Assembly: GCA_951406725.2 (NCBI GenBank) | Contig: OX597839.1 | Span: 4,588,001 to 4,652,000 of the forward strand | Direction: 5' to 3' | Source of the DNA: Octopus vulgaris | Taxonomy: Eukaryota | DNA: 64,000 nucleotides | Part shown: piece by piece, positions 57,505 through 64,000 of the stretch | Layout of the letters: the number at the start of each line of letters is the position of its first letter | Position numbering within the stretch: position 1 is the stretch's first letter | The notes under the pieces: model-generated | What the model was told of the DNA's origin: nothing | Seen by the model: the letters and a program-made list of their open reading frames with translations, nothing else | Databases searched by the model: none | Translations under genes and position numbers: made by a program

Positions 57505-57925
57505 CTTGGTGTGTTTGCTACCCCGTATCCTAGCGGTTCGGCAAAGTATCCCGATTAAGAAACAATACTGGGCTTTAAAAAATGTTCGTTCGACTGAAAG
57601 TTCTTTAAAGCGGTGCCCCAGCATGGCCGCAGTCTAAGTCTGAACAAGTAAAAGATATAGCAATGACTCATGCACTCTGTCTTTCTTCCTGACTAAAACA
57701 AAGGAAAGTAAAGACATAGGACGAATGCGTGGCTGTGTGGTAAGAGGCTTACATTCCAACCACATGGGTCTGGGTTCAGTTCCTACTATGGCCCCTGAGT
57801 GAATTTTGCAGATGGAAGGTGAAAGAAGCCCGTCTTACATATCTGTGTATGTGCGTATGTGTATGTACGTGCGTGCGTGTTTGTGCGTCTCGGTGCCTCT
57901 GTTTGTCTCCCAACGACTGTTTAAC
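57505..57925 (+). mobile_element. SINE B fragments (tail 57505-57655; head 57725-57925)
   Basis: Matches to tagcggttcggcaaag..ccagcatggccgcagtc and gtggctgtgtggtaag..gaaagaagcccgtc. Confidence 0.7.
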
Positions 57926-58807
57926 TCCCCTACATGATGGTTCGACATGCTACAAACATTCTCCAGAATTACCTTGAAGAATTTTAACTGTAGCAATCGC
58001 CATTAGTAGGTACGAAGTTTTTCTACCGGTTTCAATGCCGAAAATCTTAGTTTGTAGTACACAAAGAATGCAACGCCGGTCATCAAGTCATTCAGCGGTC
58101 GCTACATAACTGTTAATCTGAAGTAGCATACCCTGTCGCCTTATGACGCAGAATTGAATTGAGTGGGTAGGAGGCTAATGGATGAATTATCTTTGATTAT
58201 CGGTTGGATTAATTAAGATACACTTAGAGCATAGCCGCAACAACAACATCAACAGTAATAGTAACAAAATCAGCAGCTGCAACAAGAAGAATAGCGCCAA
58301 TGACAGAAGGAAGAACATTCAAGCAAAAAGTAAAATGGCGACTTAATATAAGAAATATACATTTTCTGTGCGTATGTATGTAAGTACGCATGTATGTATG
58401 TACGTATGAATGTATGTATGTACGTATGTATGTATGTATGTATGTATGTACGTATGTATGTATGTATGTATTTATGTTGGTATGTATATAAGCATGCATA
58501 CATGTCAGTATAATTCATATAAATGCAAATATACATTTAATATACATATATAAACACACATTATCTGTATCGATATGCGAATCTACATGTATATATATAT
58601 TTGTGTGTATATACATATATTTACATATATATATACATAAATATAATGTATGTATATCTATATATATATGTATACATATATATTTGTATGTATTTGTGTA
58701 AATACATACATACATACATTTTTTTTTTTTTTTTTTGATACATCATACACACACACACATATATATATATAATATTTTTTTTATACATATATATTTATTA
58801 TTTTGAA

Positions 58808-58838
<31 letters not shown>

Positions 58839-59347
58839 AACATACAGACATACAAATATATATATAAATACATATAATTATGTATGTGCATACGTATGTT
58901 TGTATGTGTGTGTGTATTTATATATGTACCCCACAAGCACGGAAATTAAAACGAAACGAATTGATGGTACGAAATACGCAACAATACGCGAGAAAAAAAT
59001 TCAATTAAAGTAATAACGAAGAAATACAAATGAAACTAAAAAAAAAACCCCGATAGATATATAGCAGCCACAAGAGCAACAGCAACAACAACAAAAGCAA
59101 CAAAGAAAGATGGAGAGAAATTGTGGTGAGGTCAATATGAATACTAGAGAATAAAATTGAGCAAAGCTTGCTATTATTGAGAATACAGAAGAATTTTCTG
59201 GCCTTAAGTTCGGCTCATTTTTAAGCATTCATACTTGCTTTTTGTCCAGTTCTATAGACTGCAGTTACCATACTTTGTGCAAGTATTTAAGCCATTCTAA
59301 ATACTGCAGTACAAGACTTTGAGGATTGCAAAATGAAAAAAAGAACG

Positions 59348-59396
<49 letters not shown>

Positions 59397-59474
59397 CTGT
59401 AAGGAATGAAAAAGATAACCACTAGATAAATTACACACACACACATATATATATATATTTACATATATAAATGC

Positions 59475-59509
<35 letters not shown>

Positions 59510-59553
59510 GAGTATGTATATATATACATATATATATTTACATATATAAATGC

Positions 59554-59584
<31 letters not shown>

Positions 59585-60093
59585 TATATAAGTATGTATA
59601 TATATATATATATATACATACATATATATACATAATAATAAATAGATATTATTATATATATATATATGTGTTTGTATGTATATGCATTAATACATGTTTA
59701 CATTCATAAGTATATATGTAGCAAATAATGTATACGATAATGTAAGCCAATGTACAAATTATGCTTTCCCACATGCATATACATGTGCACAAATATATAT
59801 CTCCAGATATTTATATTCATATAACGTGCGTATACGGAAACACGAAAAATTACACATACACGCGCGCTCGTATTTCTATACATTAATACGACGACTTACA
59901 CATATGCTTAAAGTAAATTTACAATACATCTCCGCACACACACAAAACACACACACACACACACACACATGCATGTATATATATATATATATATATATGA
60001 GTGTGTGTGTGTGTTTGTGTCTATGTGTAGATACATACATATTTATATATGCATATATAATTCGCATAGAAGTACGTATATATATATAATATA

Positions 60094-60137
<44 letters not shown>

Positions 60138-60272
60138 ATATATGTATATATATTGTGTATATGTATATATACATCTGTATATATGTACGTATGTACCTAC
60201 ATATATTTCTCTGCATTCATACATACGTACACTCACACACACGCACACACACACACACACATACACACACAA

Positions 60273-60328
<56 letters not shown>

Positions 60329-60929
60329 ATGTATATGCATAGATACACATATATGGATATAGCCATGAGCTCCATATTGTATATGTATGTATGACTGTAT
60401 GTATGTGTGGATGGATGTGTGTACGTACATCACCATCAACCAGCGAATAGTTTTGAGGAAAATCAATGTTTGTACGTTCACGTGTTGCTATGTATGTTCT
60501 GCACCTAAGAAACCGTTTTAAAAGCATTCATAATCACACACATACGCACAAACGTATGCACACGTATGTGTATATCTCTATATATATGGCTGTATACGTG
60601 TAATCCATATATACATATATGTGCATCCATACGCATATACATGTACGTATATATGTGTGCCTGTGTGTCTGAGTGTGTGTGTGGGGGGGAATATCTAAAT
60701 CAACAAAATATATAATAAATATAAAATAAATGCATATATTCTCCTGTGAAATGGGTCTTAATCACTTGTGGAGACCTTTGCATTGTGACAATTCGAGAAT
60801 TGGATTTCTAAGTTAACCGCTAAGAAGCCATGAAGTATATTGCTCGTCAATCTATATATACGTACTTACTTACATAAATAAACTCATGCATCCACATATA
60901 CGTATACGCACACGAACACACACACACAA

Positions 60930-60971
<42 letters not shown>

Positions 60972-60996
60972 CGTATACGCACACAAACGCACACAC

Positions 60997-61049
<53 letters not shown>

Positions 61050-61157
61050 GAGATGGACAAATAATTATGCACATATATATATACACATATATATATTTAA
61101 TATAACAAATATATACAGAGCACATATGATATATACAGATATAGATATAATATAATG

Positions 61158-61233
<76 letters not shown>

Positions 61234-61949
61234 ATATATATACCCATACATATATATATAGAAATATATATATATATGCATACATGCATATAGATATATA
61301 CATACATATATATTATTCCTGGGAGTAATTCCTCATTGTCTGGAGACTTTATATACATAGCGAATTCTTAACACGATTTCATTTTTTCAGCTACAAGTGT
61401 GTGTGTGTGAGGGTTTGTATATATATAAAATCTTTATGTATTTGGATATATATGTAGAAAGAGACATGATGCATATAAATGCACACAGAAATCAGATCAA
61501 TAGAATTCGCAGAAGTGTCTATCATAGACCAGTGGCATGATTCATGCTTTGTCTAATGGTTTTTGGTGCTCATGTTGACGCAAGCTGGAATAGATACTAT
61601 CTTTGGCCTTCTACCCGTTTACCCACAAGGAAAACTATATTTCGATAGTTAGATGCATAAAGAAATTATCAAGCACAAGAGATGGTACAAATTTCAACGG
61701 AAACGAGAGGAGCAACGTTAAATGAAGCGATTTGTTAAAGGAAGCAATGAGTCACCCTGCCCCACAATTGAACGCATGACATTTCATCTTTGCAATCTGA
61801 CAACAATTTTTCTGTCTCTATGTACACACAAACAGACATGTATGATTCTTATGCCGTTATAATGGTTTCAAATTTTGGCAGAAGGTTAGCAGATTTTGAG
61901 ACTTTGAGCAGTGAACTTCGAATATAGATTCGGGTATTTGACTATATGT

Positions 61950-62229
61950 ATATTACGGTCTTCGAAATTAGCAGTTTTGCCGAACTGCTAAGTTACGGGG
62001 ACATAAGCTCACTAGCATCGTTTGTCAAGCGATGTTGGGCGTACAAAGACAGACATACAAACATATACACACACATTCATAGAAATATATACATACATAC
62101 GACGGGTTTCTTTCAGTTTCCGTCTACCAAATCTGCTCAAAAGGTTTTTGCAGAAGACACTTGCCCAAGGTGCCACGCAGTAACCATGTGATTGGTAAGC
62201 AAGCTACTTACCACACATCCACTCCTGCG

Positions 62230-62232
<3 letters not shown>
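61950..62232 (-). mobile_element. SINE family B, internally deleted
   Basis: It ends in ccactcctgcgcc (reverse complement of the B head) and contains tttcagtttccgtctaccaaat and gccgaactgctaagttacgggg. Confidence 0.85.
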
Positions 62233-62292
<60 letters not shown>

Positions 62293-62591
62293 ATAAACAT
62301 TTTGTCGCCACTTCAACCTGGCTGTTCTGTGACGTATATACATATGCGTATATATGTATATACACACATATACATACATATATGCTCACACACACATGCA
62401 CATGCATATGTATGTTCATTTAATCCTCTTACATATATATACTTATGTGTGTGTTTGTGTGTATGTGTGTGTGTGAGACAGTGTGTGTTTCTGTATGCCT
62501 TGTAGAGAAAATTTTGAATTATTGTACATTTACGTGTGTATATTCTTCGAAGTTTAATGCAATGCATACATGTTTATATATATATATATAT

Positions 62592-62653
<62 letters not shown>

Positions 62654-62954
62654 GTATACATATATATAAACATATATGTGTGCATGTATGTATGTATGTA
62701 TGTATGTATGTATGTATGTATGGATAAATGATATATCTGTCTGTTAAAGGCTTTATGAGTTTTTATTTTCCTGTTCACTAATGGATTGATTCACCCATTC
62801 ATCCATCAATCGATTCATCTCTCGGTCTATCGATCATTCGATCTAAAAAATCATGTATAATTATATATATATATATATACACATGAACATCTTTTATTTG
62901 ATGCATACAATACATATATGTATCTTGATATAGACACACAAATCCCGGTATCTG

Positions 62955-63007
<53 letters not shown>

Positions 63008-63370
63008 CGTTTCCTAACGTGTAATTAATTATGGCACCGCAGTGTGAATTGCCTTTCAAAGGACTACTCTTTTAGAAAATGGATTTATTGCTGTTAATTC
63101 CAATTACTGTTCTGTTTGTATTCCATATATGAGGACAAGCGGCATATCTGGGTAGCTTTGATTTTTCTGATTTTAAAAATCTATAATATTGAACATGATG
63201 TTGATCATCTTTAATAAATTTTATTAATTTTTGGAACAGCCATTAAAGCTATGTACAACCTGCATAAGACTGACATAGGAGCCTTATATTATTTGAAAAA
63301 TCTAATTGATTCAAATCGTCACTGAATTATTTGCGTCAAAGTAGCGAAAGTGTAAATGTAAAATACATAC

Positions 63371-63516
<146 letters not shown>

Positions 63517-63617
63517 GTAAGTAAAAAATAACAAAAAATTAACTGAACTTATTTTTTTATTTCCATAAAAGATAATTATATATTTCTGACATGTTGGCTA
63601 CTGACGATTTAACTTAC

Positions 63618-63685
63618 TTGAATAGATCAGACCGATAATTATGGTGAATCCAACTGATCCGTCTCTTTCTCTTCACAGTAAATTG
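63618..63685 (-). other. Candidate 68-nt minus-strand exon
   Basis: The acceptor is tgtctttgtctttatag| and the donor is CAA|GTAAGT. One frame is open (QFTVKRKRRISWIHHNYRSDLF), with no recognised homology. Confidence 0.35.
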
Positions 63686-63904
63686 CTATAAAGACAAAGA
63701 CAGTCGTTGACGATAGATCTGTGTATTTAATTAATTTTAATTAAACTATATACGCTGTGATGGTATATAAATCTATAGCTGTGTGTTCTTGTGTATCACC
63801 GAATCAATTATTTCCCTCCTACTAAAACCCATAATTACCGTAGTACATTTTTTTTTTGTTGAGGCGAAATTACAAACAATATGGCTGAATGGTTTTGAAC
63901 ATGG

Positions 63905-64000
63905 ATGTGTGGTGAGAAGCTTGACTCCCAATCACGTAATCTCCGGATCAGTTCCACTGCGTGGCACCCTGTCCAAGTTTCTTCTCCTAGATGCCCGTCA
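63905..64000 (+). mobile_element. SINE B head running off the window edge
   Basis: gtgtggtgagaagcttgactccc..cagttccactgcgtggcacc. Confidence 0.7.

Noticed and set aside
56347-57533. Long poly-K/R/E and poly-F/S/L ORFs
   Set aside because: (CTT)n has no stop codons in any frame.

Overview
This is 64 kb of AT-rich, extremely microsatellite-dense eukaryotic DNA, most likely intronic or intergenic. The repeat families match from memory those of an octopus (coleoid cephalopod) genome; this is an inference, not a database result. No intact protein-coding gene is supportable: almost every ORF in the track is a translated simple repeat. Supportable features are three tRNA-derived SINE families (several with target-site duplications), decayed non-LTR retrotransposon fragments (HERO-like RLE, nested RTEs, R4/Dong-like RLE stacked in (TAA)n), a MITE carrying TTAGGG repeats, and a satellite array that appears to be growing out of a repeat fragment. 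The most interesting signal is a set of short non-coding elements inserted into (TA)n tracts that carry type I hammerhead ribozyme (HHR) motifs. The best example (42195-42886) is a 535-nt unit with 151-nt terminal redundancy and one canonical HHR, the architecture expected from reverse transcription of a self-cleaving circular RNA (retrozyme / non-autonomous Penelope-like element). There is also an isolated 83-nt pre-miRNA-like hairpin (48246-48328) and two candidate minus-strand micro-exons.
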